Assembly: GCA_049976305.1 (NCBI GenBank)
Contig: JBMFIM010000014.1
Location: 1 to 19,893, forward strand
Source of the DNA: Candidatus Micrarchaeia archaeon
Lineage (GTDB): Archaea > Micrarchaeota > Micrarchaeia > Micrarchaeales > CABMGC01
DNA length: 19,893 nt
Direction of reading: 5' to 3'
The translations under genes were made by a program, and so were the position numbers. Below the pieces are notes generated by a model. It was not told where the DNA came from. It searched no databases and saw only the letters and a program-made list of their open reading frames with translations. Below, in pieces: positions 1 to 7,790 of the stretch. The stretch's first letter is position 1. The number at the start of each line of letters is the position of its first letter.

Positions 1-9
1 GCCTTCCAT
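1..9 (-). CDS. Probable 5' end (M-E-G...) of a gene running leftward out of the window
   Basis: The minus strand reads CAGGTG-CTTAGG-ATG GAA GGC, a GGTG RBS followed by ATG at 9..7, downstream of the BRE/TATA at 43-57. Only 3 codons are visible. Confidence 0.4.
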
Positions 10-20
10 CCTAAGCACCT

Positions 21-79
21 GTATACCCCTAAAACGTTTGTATTTATAAGGCTTTCGTGCAGGTACGGGAAATACTGTA
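21..79. repeat. Direct repeat copy 1 (59 bp; 43-79 is identical to 516-552)
   Basis: gtatacccctaaaacgtttgtatttataaggctttcgtgcaggtacgggaaatactgta aligns without gaps to 494-552 with 4 mismatches. Weaker similarity extends to ccttccat at 2-9. Confidence 0.97.
43..57 (-). promoter_or_regulatory. Archaeal BRE+TATA promoter in repeat copy 1
   Basis: The minus strand reads CGAAAG-C-CTTATAAA, about 34 nt upstream of the ATG at position 9. Confidence 0.55.
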
Positions 80-100
80 TATTGTAATATTGGGCCTTAT

Positions 101-430
101 TTGCTCCAAACTGACATGGGCAAATTCAATAAAACAAGAAAAGAATTCTTAGAATGGTTATTAGAAGAAACTGAATTTCCTACAAACAAATTCGTTTATG
201 AGACAGAAATTTCTTCTCCTTATGGAGCACTCTTAATATTGCCTGTTTACCTGGATGACGATTTGGAAAAAGCAAAAGAGGGATTGCTACAAAGGGCAAA
301 AGGAATAAGAATAAGGCTGTCTGTAGTTACCAACGTACTAGTAGGGAATTTGGGAACACGAAAGTTTGACATGCAACAATCTAGTAGCCATATCTTGCTA
401 CAAAAACTGATTGAGCAAGAAACAGAATGA
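101..430 (+). CDS. Orphan hypothetical protein, possibly a 3' gene fragment; start uncertain (TTG 101 or ATG 116)
   Basis: 109-codon AT-rich ORF (15/60 GC in 121-180) with protein-like composition and no recognisable motif. The frame is open from 50, and the ORF lies between the two direct repeats. Confidence 0.5.
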   Translation: MLQTDMGKFNKTRKEFLEWLLEETEFPTNKFVYETEISSPYGALLILPVYLDDDLEKAKEGLLQRAKGIRIRLSVVTNVLVGNLGTRKFDMQQSSSHILLQKLIEQETE

Positions 431-493
431 GATAAACAAAAGTCGCGTAACAACTTAGCTTCCTCCTCCCATCCCTCCTTCCATTTTTCCACC

Positions 494-552
494 GTATACC
501 ACAAAAACCTTTGTGTTTATAAGGCTTTCGTGCAGGTACGGGAAATACTGTA
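494..552. repeat. Direct repeat copy 2 (59 bp)
   Basis: gtataccacaaaaacctttgtgtttataaggctttcgtgcaggtacgggaaatactgta lies 473 bp from copy 1. The ccttccat motif is also present at 477-484. Confidence 0.97.
516..530 (-). promoter_or_regulatory. Archaeal BRE+TATA promoter in repeat copy 2
   Basis: Same CGAAAG-C-CTTATAAA on the minus strand, followed by GGTG-GAAAA-ATG at 484. Confidence 0.5.
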
Positions 553-672
553 ATCAATAAAGATAATCAATTATATGCGGCACGCTAAATTCGCTTCTAA
601 AATCGCAGCTCTGAACGCTGAACGCGCTATGAAAAAGATAAAAAGACAAACAGAGAAAAATAAAGAGGGGTT

Positions 673-2982
673 ATGCTAAAGCACATAGAGCTTCAGAACT
701 GGAAGACGCACAGGTCTACGTCGCTAGATTTTGCAAAGGGCACAAACATACTTGTCGGGCAGATGGGAGCTGGCAAAAGCTCAGTGCTTGACGCCATCGC
801 CTTCGCCCTCTTTGGCAAGTACCCTGCGCTCCAACACAGGCAGGTTACAGTAAGCGACATAATAACAAACAGGCCTGTGCAGATGCAAGAGGCCAGCGTC
901 AGGCTAAGCATGGAAATACAGGGCAACGTCTATGACATAACAAGGAAGATAGAGCTCAACGGCACAACCTCTGCAACAATAAGCAAAAATGGCTCTTACC
1001 TGCAGTCTCAGCCGCAAAGGGTGAACGAGCAGGTTGAGAAGATATTGGGCATAGACTACGACCTTTTCATGCGCGCAATCTACTCAGAGCAGAACAGACT
1101 TACCTACTTCCTTGAGCTTTCGCCAGGAGAGAGGAAAAAGGAAATAGACGACCTTCTCGGCCTGAGCGCGTTCGCCACTGCATATGACAACACCACCTCT
1201 CTTATAAACAGGATAAATGACAGAATAGAGGACCTTGAAGGCCTTGCGAAAAGCCAGGACATTGAGGGCATGAAGAAGGCAAAGGAGGAATTGGCAAGCA
1301 AGCTGGCAGATACTAGCAGCAAGCTCGGCGGTAAAAAGCTAGAGCTAGAAAAGGCTAGCGAAAAGGCTAAGCAGGCTAGGCAAAGGCTAGAAGAAGCAAA
1401 GGCGGCGATGGCTAAAAAGCAGGAGCTAGGCGAGAAGAAGGCAAAGCTTGAAAGCAAGAAGCAAACGCTCGCAAAGGAGCTCGAAGAGCTAAAGGCAAAG
1501 CTGAGCATTGGCACAGAGCAGCTAGAGAAAAAGCTTGAGGAGCAGAGAAAAAGGGTTAGCGAGCTGAGCGAGCAAAGCGCTGAGCTTGAGAAAAAGGCAA
1601 AGGAGGCGCTTGAGGCAAAGGCCAGGCTCAATGCAGAGGCAGAGGAGCTTGCAAAAAAGGGCGAAGAGGCTAAGAAGATTTCTGAAAGGCTAAAAGGCAA
1701 TTCATCGCAGGAATTGCTCAAGCTGGCAGAGGCAATGAAGAAAGAGCTTGATTCGCTGCTGGAGGAGCAGGCTAAGCAGCAGGCTCAGATAAGCGAGAAT
1801 ATGAAGTACATGGAAGAGCTGAAGAGGCACATAGCAAAGTGCCCTGTATGCGAAAGAGAGTTGACGCCAGAGCTTGTAGATTCGCTTATTGCAAGCAAGC
1901 AAAAGGCCATAGACATCGCCAGCGGGCAATTGGCGAGGGTAAGCAAGGAGGTTGAGGAAAAGAGGCTTAGCATAAAAAATGCTGAGCAAAAGGCAAAAGA
2001 GCTTGAGCTCTATGAACAGAAGCTTGCTGAGCTAGGCGATGTTGCAAGCAGGCTAGAGCATGCTAAGGAAGAGCTAGGAAAAGCTGAGAAAGAGGCCGGG
2101 GAGCTTGGAAAGAAAAAAGAAGAGAAGGCTAGGGAGCTCGATCAGGCAAACAAGGAGCTGGCAAAGCTCGAAGCCCTGCACGACGAAGCTGAGAGAAAGA
2201 AAAGATACGAGCTAGAGCTTGAAGATGCTGAGCGTGAGCTTGTAAACATTGAAAAGGAAATTGCTGAGATAAGGGTAAGCCAAGAGGAAATCGACAAGCT
2301 TAATGCCGAGTACACTGCTGCAAGCGCTGAGCAGGCAAAGCTAGGCGCAGAAGTAAGAGGCTTGGAGGCTATGCTTGAGCAGCTAAAGGCCCAGCTGGCA
2401 GACAAGGAAAAGCAGCTCGGCGAGGCGCAAAGGCTTAAGGAGGAGATAGAAAAGAAGAAGCTTGCTGCGAGCGAGCTGGCAAAGTACAAGAACGCGCTTG
2501 CAGACACCCAAGTTACGCTTAGAAGCAAGATGGTAGAGTACATAAACGCTGTTATGCAGAGCATATGGCCTGAGCTTTACCCGTATGCCGACTACCAGGG
2601 CATAAGGCTTGAGCCTACTGACGACGACTATGTGCTCATGCTGAGAACGAACAGGCAAGGAAAAGAGTGGGAGCCTGTAGAGGCGATAGCAAGCGGGGGC
2701 GAAAGGAGCGTAGCATGCTTGGCAATGCGAGTAGCGTTTGCATTGGTGCTTGTCCCCAACCTCAAGTGGCTAATACTCGACGAGCCAACGCACAACATAG
2801 ATAGGCAAGGCATAGAGAAGCTGGTAAGGGCGATAGGAGAAGCTTTGCCAAAGTACATAGAGCAGATATTCATAATAACACACGACGAGCTGCTCAAGCA
2901 AGTGCCTAACGCCAGGATCTATGTCTTCTCGAGGGACAAGGCAGAGCAGGGAGAAACGCAGATAGAGGAGGTGAGCGCATGA
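673..2982 (+). CDS. rad50: DNA double-strand break repair ATPase Rad50 (SbcC/SMC family)
   Basis: Walker A GQMGAGKSS, Q-loop YSEQ, long coiled coils, central zinc hook CPVC (1840-1851, aa ~390), signature ASGGERS, Walker B/D-loop LILDEPTHNID and H-loop ITHD. Adjacent to mre11. Confidence 0.96.
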   Translation: MLKHIELQNWKTHRSTSLDFAKGTNILVGQMGAGKSSVLDAIAFALFGKYPALQHRQVTVSDIITNRPVQMQEASVRLSMEIQGNVYDITRKIELNGTTSATISKNGSYLQSQPQRVNEQVEKILGIDYDLFMRAIYSEQNRLTYFLELSPGERKKEIDDLLGLSAFATAYDNTTSLINRINDRIEDLEGLAKSQDIEGMKKAKEELASKLADTSSKLGGKKLELEKASEKAKQARQRLEEAKAAMAKKQELGEKKAKLESKKQTLAKELEELKAKLSIGTEQLEKKLEEQRKRVSELSEQSAELEKKAKEALEAKARLNAEAEELAKKGEEAKKISERLKGNSSQELLKLAEAMKKELDSLLEEQAKQQAQISENMKYMEELKRHIAKCPVCERELTPELVDSLIASKQKAIDIASGQLARVSKEVEEKRLSIKNAEQKAKELELYEQKLAELGDVASRLEHAKEELGKAEKEAGELGKKKEEKARELDQANKELAKLEALHDEAERKKRYELELEDAERELVNIEKEIAEIRVSQEEIDKLNAEYTAASAEQAKLGAEVRGLEAMLEQLKAQLADKEKQLGEAQRLKEEIEKKKLAASELAKYKNALADTQVTLRSKMVEYINAVMQSIWPELYPYADYQGIRLEPTDDDYVLMLRTNRQGKEWEPVEAIASGGERSVACLAMRVAFALVLVPNLKWLILDEPTHNIDRQGIEKLVRAIGEALPKYIEQIFIITHDELLKQVPNARIYVFSRDKAEQGETQIEEVSA
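2967..2974 (+). promoter_or_regulatory. Shine-Dalgarno site of mre11, translationally coupled to rad50
   Basis: GGAGGTGA lies 4 nt before an ATGA start/stop overlap at 2979-2982. Confidence 0.8.
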
Positions 2983-4169
2983 AGATAGGCATAGTATCTG
3001 ATTTCCACCTTGGATATGAGCGGTTTAGGCAAGACGCATATTTGCAGGCAAAAGAAGCATTGGAGAAGGCGAGCGAAGAAGCAGACATGCTGCTTGTGCC
3101 AGGCGACATATTCGACAACAGGGCGCCGAAGCCTGATGTGATTGCTGAGGGCATAAGCCTATTCAAGGAGCTGGCGGAGAAGGAATGGAAGGCCAAGGTA
3201 GTGGAGTACATGGGGCCGGGTAAGGCATATACCTCATTGCCCATAGTAGTAATACCAGGCACACACGAGCGAAGGGCAGTTGGCGAGCTTAATCCAGTAA
3301 GCCTGCTTGCCTTAGCTGGACTTGCTGTTGATGCCAGCGACGCTGTCGTAGTGGTGGAGAAAGGCGGCGAGCGCGTCGCTGTTAGAGGCATAGGAGGCAT
3401 TGCTGAAGAAAGGCTTAGAGAGTACCTGTCAAGCAGCGAATTCAAGCCAGTTGAGAATGCGTTCAACATACTCATGTTTCACCAGTCCCTTTACGAGCTA
3501 ATGCCATTCAGCAAGGACTACATAAGCTTCGAGGATTTGCCAAAAGGCTATGACCTGTATGTATGCGGCCACATCCACAACAGAGTAGAGGACAAGGTGC
3601 ACGGCAAGCCTTTGCTAATACCTGGAAGCACAGTGCTGACGCAGCTCAAAGAAGTCGAGCAGGAGCCAAAAGGCTTCTATCTGTTTGACACATTAGCAGG
3701 CAAGGCGGAGTTCAGGCCAATAAACACAAGAAGGTTTGTTGTAGTGAAAGTAGATGTGAGCAGCAAAGAGCCAGGGGAGCTTATGGAGGAAATAGAAAGG
3801 AAGGTTGCTGAGAAGATAGGCGAAGACAAGCCAATAATAAGCGTAGTGCTGCAAGGCAGGCTCAGGAAGGGCATAAGGCTCGGCGACTTGCCACTTGTAA
3901 AGATCCAGAGGGAGTTTGAAGGAAAGGCCTCTGTAGAAATATCTGGAAATGGAATAGATGAAGCCACAGCAATAGCTGATGAGTTCGCAGCTGGAAAGCT
4001 TGAAGGAGTCTCTGTAAAAGAGTTTGGAATGGGGATATTCCTTAAGAAGCTCCAGGAATTCGGCTACGCGCTGGATACGCCGCCTGCAGCGTTGTTTGAA
4101 AAGCTTTCAACGCAAACGAAGGAAAAAGCAGTTGCAAGCGCGATGGAGCTGCTTTTCGGCAAGCAGTAG
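2979..4169 (+). CDS. mre11: DNA double-strand break repair nuclease Mre11 (SbcD family metallophosphoesterase)
   Basis: Phosphoesterase motifs SDFHLG, PGDIFD, PGTHE (variant of GNHD), MFHQ and GHIH, plus PGS. Overlaps the rad50 stop codon. Confidence 0.94.
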   Translation: MKIGIVSDFHLGYERFRQDAYLQAKEALEKASEEADMLLVPGDIFDNRAPKPDVIAEGISLFKELAEKEWKAKVVEYMGPGKAYTSLPIVVIPGTHERRAVGELNPVSLLALAGLAVDASDAVVVVEKGGERVAVRGIGGIAEERLREYLSSSEFKPVENAFNILMFHQSLYELMPFSKDYISFEDLPKGYDLYVCGHIHNRVEDKVHGKPLLIPGSTVLTQLKEVEQEPKGFYLFDTLAGKAEFRPINTRRFVVVKVDVSSKEPGELMEEIERKVAEKIGEDKPIISVVLQGRLRKGIRLGDLPLVKIQREFEGKASVEISGNGIDEATAIADEFAAGKLEGVSVKEFGMGIFLKKLQEFGYALDTPPAALFEKLSTQTKEKAVASAMELLFGKQ

Positions 4170-4230
4170 CCGAATGGGCTGTTGCTGTTATTAAATATTT
4201 ATCGTTGATATTGATATTAAATCTGATTTC

Positions 4231-5487
4231 ATGCTGAGCACGCCAAGAGGAATGAGGGACTATAGCCCTGAAGAAGCAAAATTCCTCAACACTTTGATAG
4301 AAAAGGCAGAAACAGTGTTCAGGAGGTTCGGCTTCTACCCGCTTATAACCCCGGCTTTGGAAACAAAAGAGGTACTAAACGCAAAGGTATACGGTGGAGA
4401 TTCAGAAAAGGAGCTTTTCGAAATAAGCGAAGAAAATATGGGGTTAAGGTATGATTTCACAGTGCCAATGGCTCGCTACGTTGCAATGAACAAAGACCTG
4501 CCAATGCCCTTCAAAAGGTATCAAATAGGCACGGCGTGGAGAAAAGAGGAGCCACAGCACATGAGATTTAGGGAATTTGTACAAGCAGACGTTGATGTGG
4601 TTGGAAGCGAAGACTTAACAAGCGACGCAGACAGCATTGCTGCTTGTGCTACCGCGTTGGACGAAATGGGTGTCGAGGCTTATGAAGTGCACATAAACAG
4701 CAGAGTTATACTGGATGGCGCACTTGAGATGCTTGGCGTTGGCAAGGAAAAATGGGTAGATGCGATAAGGGTTGTTGACAAGTTTTCCAAGCTTGGCTAT
4801 GATTCCACAGTTCAGGAGCTTAGCAAGCTAATTGGCAGAGCTTCGGAAGACCTTTTAAGCCTTCTAACGGGCGATATTGAAGAAGCAAAGGAAAAGCTCA
4901 TGGCAAACTCGCAGAGGGCAAAGGATGAGATAAAAAGGCTCGAGAACCTTGAGGACTTGCTTAAAAGCTACGGATTTAAAGGAGCGATTGTGGAAGACTT
5001 CAGCCTCGCAAGGGGCTTTGCTTACTATACCAGCTTTGTTTGGGAGTTTGTGGCAAGGGAGGAAAGCAAAAAGCTTCCGAGCATAGGAGGCGGAGGAAGA
5101 TACGACAACCTTATAGGCCTGCTAAGCAAAAAGCCCCTGCCAGCAACAGGCTCTTCCATAGGCATATCGCGAGTCTTCGACCTGCTTTATGAGGAAACAG
5201 GCTCTAAGACCTATGCTGACGTATTCGTGGCAAATGTGAGCAAGGAGGATGTGAAGTATTGCATAGAGATAGCCACAAGGCTCAGGGCTGCAGGCATAAA
5301 CGTTGACATGAACAACACCTCTAGGTCTTTGGCAAGGCAGCTGGAGTACGCAAACAGCATAAAGGTGCCGTACGCTGTTATAATAGGAGAGGAGGAAAGG
5401 AAGGCCGGCAAGGTAAAGCTTAGGGACATGCAGACCGGAAGCGAAGAGCTTCTCGGATTAGACGAACTCATTGAAAAGCTTGTGTGA
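4231..5487 (+). CDS. hisS: Histidine--tRNA ligase
   Basis: PRGMRD, LRYDFTVPMARY, motif 2 WRKEEPQHMRFREFVQADVD, ARGFAYYT, GGGGRYDNL, and a C-terminal anticodon-binding domain (QLEYANSIKVPYAVIIGEEE). Confidence 0.98.
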   Translation: MLSTPRGMRDYSPEEAKFLNTLIEKAETVFRRFGFYPLITPALETKEVLNAKVYGGDSEKELFEISEENMGLRYDFTVPMARYVAMNKDLPMPFKRYQIGTAWRKEEPQHMRFREFVQADVDVVGSEDLTSDADSIAACATALDEMGVEAYEVHINSRVILDGALEMLGVGKEKWVDAIRVVDKFSKLGYDSTVQELSKLIGRASEDLLSLLTGDIEEAKEKLMANSQRAKDEIKRLENLEDLLKSYGFKGAIVEDFSLARGFAYYTSFVWEFVAREESKKLPSIGGGGRYDNLIGLLSKKPLPATGSSIGISRVFDLLYEETGSKTYADVFVANVSKEDVKYCIEIATRLRAAGINVDMNNTSRSLARQLEYANSIKVPYAVIIGEEERKAGKVKLRDMQTGSEELLGLDELIEKLV

Positions 5488-5491
5488 GGGT

Positions 5492-6007
5492 ATGAAAAGC
5501 GTTGACGAGATTACCTACAAGACTGTTGCAAACGGGGGCATATTGGCAAAGCTTTATTTCGACATGCAGAGCGAAAAACAGGAAGACCTGCAACCATTAA
5601 TGCTTGACCTTGTAAACAACAGGCTTTTGAAAACGCCAGGAGTGGTATACTGCTATGGCAGCATAGAAGAGCCCATAAAACTGCCTGAGGGCGTTTACTC
5701 TACAAGCGCAACGCTGACAGTCCTTTTCAAAAACGCAGTTGCATTGCTTGATGTAGCTTTCAAGTTCGCTCCAGCAGGCATAGAAATACTAAAGCCTGAA
5801 AAGGAATACAGGATAAGCATAAGCGACCTGCAAGCGATTGTGCTCAACGCGGCGCAAGTATCAATAGACTACTCCCAATACATACTGAGCAAGGTGCTAA
5901 GCAAGGAAGACCTTGCAAAGGTGCAGCTTGAGCTAAAGCAGAGAGAAGAGCTTGGCAAAAGGTTAATGGGCAAAAGCAAGCAAGAAGAAGGCAAGGACCA
6001 AGGCTAG
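5492..6007 (+). CDS. Hypothetical protein (171 aa), function unknown
   Basis: ATG at 5492 lies 4 nt after the hisS stop and follows GAGGG, so it is preferred to TTG 5471. Host-like codon usage; alpha/beta N-terminal part and helical C-terminus. Confidence 0.85.
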   Translation: MKSVDEITYKTVANGGILAKLYFDMQSEKQEDLQPLMLDLVNNRLLKTPGVVYCYGSIEEPIKLPEGVYSTSATLTVLFKNAVALLDVAFKFAPAGIEILKPEKEYRISISDLQAIVLNAAQVSIDYSQYILSKVLSKEDLAKVQLELKQREELGKRLMGKSKQEEGKDQG

Positions 6008-6015
6008 CAAGCGAA

Positions 6016-6031
6016 ATAAAAAGGTTTAATT
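6016..6031 (+). promoter_or_regulatory. Putative BRE/TATA promoter of radA
   Basis: ATAAAAAGGTTTAATT lies about 30 nt upstream of the GTG start, consistent with a leaderless or short-leader transcript. Confidence 0.45.
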
Positions 6032-6061
6032 GCTTATTCTGCATATACTTGACTGATACAC

Positions 6062-7012
6062 GTGGCAAAGGAAAAGGAAATAAAAAGCATAGAGGACTTG
6101 CCAGGCGTAGGGCCAGCTACTGCGGAGAAGTTGAGGCAAGCTGGCTATACCACACTGGAGCAGGTAGCCGTCGCTTCTCCTTTCGAGCTTGCCGAGCTTC
6201 TTGGCATAAGCGCGGACAACGCAAAAAAGGCCATAGAAGCCGCAAAGCAGGCTACGACAATAAACTACCTGGAAGCATCTAAGGTTCTCGAACGCAGGCT
6301 AAGCATAGGAAAGATAAGCACAGGCTCAAAAGGATTGGACGAGCTACTCGGCGGCGGAGTAGAGACAAACGGAATAACAGAGGCCTATGGCAAATTTAGC
6401 AGCGGCAAGACCCAGCTGGGCTTCCAGCTTAGTGTAAATGTACAGCTGCCTGTAGGCAAAGGCGGCCTTGGGGGCGGAACATTATTTATTGATACTGAAA
6501 GCACCTTCAGACCTGAGCGCATACAGGAAATGGCAAAGGCTATCGGCCTTGATCCTAAAGCGGTACTAGACAATATATATGTGGTGAGAGCCACTACTGT
6601 GGAGCAGCAGATACTCACTGTTGATAGAGCTGACAAGCTAATAGCAGAAAAAGGGATAAAGCTCATTGTTGTTGACTCGCTCACCTCTCTCTTCAGAGCT
6701 GAATTCATAGGAAGAGGAGGGCTTGCCGAAAGGCAACAAAAGCTTAACGCACATGTACACAAGCTACAAAACCTTGCTGATACCTTCAACCTAGCTGTAT
6801 ATGTTACAAACCAGGTAATAGACAACCCCGCTATTCTCTTTGGCGATCCTACAATACCTGTAGGAGGCAATATTATCGCCCATGCTGCAACAACAAGGCT
6901 GTATATGAGGAAGAGCAAGGAAGACAAGCGAATAGTGAGGATTGTAGATTCGCCGAACCTTCCTGAAGGCGAGGTTGTCATAAAGATAACGCCTGAAGGC
7001 ATAAGGGATTAG
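6062..7012 (+). CDS. radA: DNA repair and recombination protein RadA
   Basis: N-terminal HhH (IEDLPGVGPATAEKL), Walker A GKFSSGKT, IDTESTFRPERI, Walker B LIVVDS, FRAEFIGRGGLAERQQKL, TNQV and GGNIIAH. No intein. Confidence 0.98.
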   Translation: MAKEKEIKSIEDLPGVGPATAEKLRQAGYTTLEQVAVASPFELAELLGISADNAKKAIEAAKQATTINYLEASKVLERRLSIGKISTGSKGLDELLGGGVETNGITEAYGKFSSGKTQLGFQLSVNVQLPVGKGGLGGGTLFIDTESTFRPERIQEMAKAIGLDPKAVLDNIYVVRATTVEQQILTVDRADKLIAEKGIKLIVVDSLTSLFRAEFIGRGGLAERQQKLNAHVHKLQNLADTFNLAVYVTNQVIDNPAILFGDPTIPVGGNIIAHAATTRLYMRKSKEDKRIVRIVDSPNLPEGEVVIKITPEGIRD

Positions 7013-7013
7013 C

Positions 7014-7790
7014 TTGCTAATCCTTGCGGGCATGGGGCTTGGCAAAGGGGACATAGCGGAGAGGGCGCTTGAACTAGCAAAGCACGCAGACGAGGTGCTT
7101 GTTGAGAAATATTCCTCGTTTTTGGAAGAAGGCTATGCAGAGTGGATTGAGCAAAAAATAGGAAAAGAGTTGAAGGAGGTAAGCAGGGAGGGCCTTGAAC
7201 AATTGGCAGAAAAAACAGTAGAAATGGCAAGGGAAAAAGATGTAGTGCTCCTAACACCAGGGGACCCGCTAGTGGCAACGACTCACAAAATTCTGCTGGA
7301 CATAGCTGAGGAGAAAGGAATAAAGACAAAGGTCGTTCATGCCCCTTCCGCTTTTTCAGTAGCAATTGGCGAAAGTAGGCTTTCCTTCTATAAATTTGGG
7401 CCTGTTGTCAACATACCATACTGGCAAGAGCATTATAAGCCAACAGCCTTTGCAAAGACAATAGCCAGGAACCTTGAACTTGGATTGCATTCGCTTGCAT
7501 TTCTTGACATAAACAGGCAAACACGCAAGCCGATGAAGATTGAAGAATGCATTGAAATCCTCGGCAAAGCCGATGCAATAGAAAGGACTGGTATATTCAA
7601 AAAAGACCCTTATGTACTAATTGAGGCAAACCTTGGCAGAGACGACCAGCAAATTATGCTTACAAAGCTAAGCCTTGCTGCACAGCTTGGAAAAATGCTG
7701 GAAGGAAAGGTTCTCACTCTTATCTTCTTGTCACGCATCGGATTTGATGAAGAAGGGGTCAAGAATTTTGAGGTTAGGAACTACCAGTAA
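7014..7790 (+). CDS. dph5: Diphthine synthase (SAM-dependent methyltransferase)
   Basis: GMGLG, EKYSS, GDPLVATTH, LSFYKFG and NLELGLHSLAFLDI. TTG start 1 nt after the radA stop. Confidence 0.92.
   Translation: MLILAGMGLGKGDIAERALELAKHADEVLVEKYSSFLEEGYAEWIEQKIGKELKEVSREGLEQLAEKTVEMAREKDVVLLTPGDPLVATTHKILLDIAEEKGIKTKVVHAPSAFSVAIGESRLSFYKFGPVVNIPYWQEHYKPTAFAKTIARNLELGLHSLAFLDINRQTRKPMKIEECIEILGKADAIERTGIFKKDPYVLIEANLGRDDQQIMLTKLSLAAQLGKMLEGKVLTLIFLSRIGFDEEGVKNFEVRNYQ

Noticed and set aside
247..504. 85-aa minus-strand ORF
   Set aside because: Mostly antisense to the 101-430 ORF, with Ser/Cys-rich shadow composition. The RBS-linked ATG at 484 is in another frame.
43..552. 37-bp perfect repeat as a CRISPR array
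   Set aside because: Only two copies, separated by 436 bp rather than 30-45 bp. Similarity extends beyond the core, and no cas genes are present.
21..552. Repeats as replication-origin ORB elements or IS terminal repeats
   Set aside because: No ORB-like TCCA...GAAAC plus G-string consensus and no cdc6/orc1 in the window. The repeats are direct rather than inverted, and no transposase is seen.
611..624. Tandem CTGAACG x2 upstream of rad50
   Set aside because: Too short to distinguish from chance.
1260..2480. Dense GAGCT/AGGCTAG quasi-repeats and long Ser/Phe-rich antisense ORFs in rad50
   Set aside because: Explained by Glu/Leu/Lys/Ala codons of the coiled coil. The antisense ORFs are shadows of that bias.
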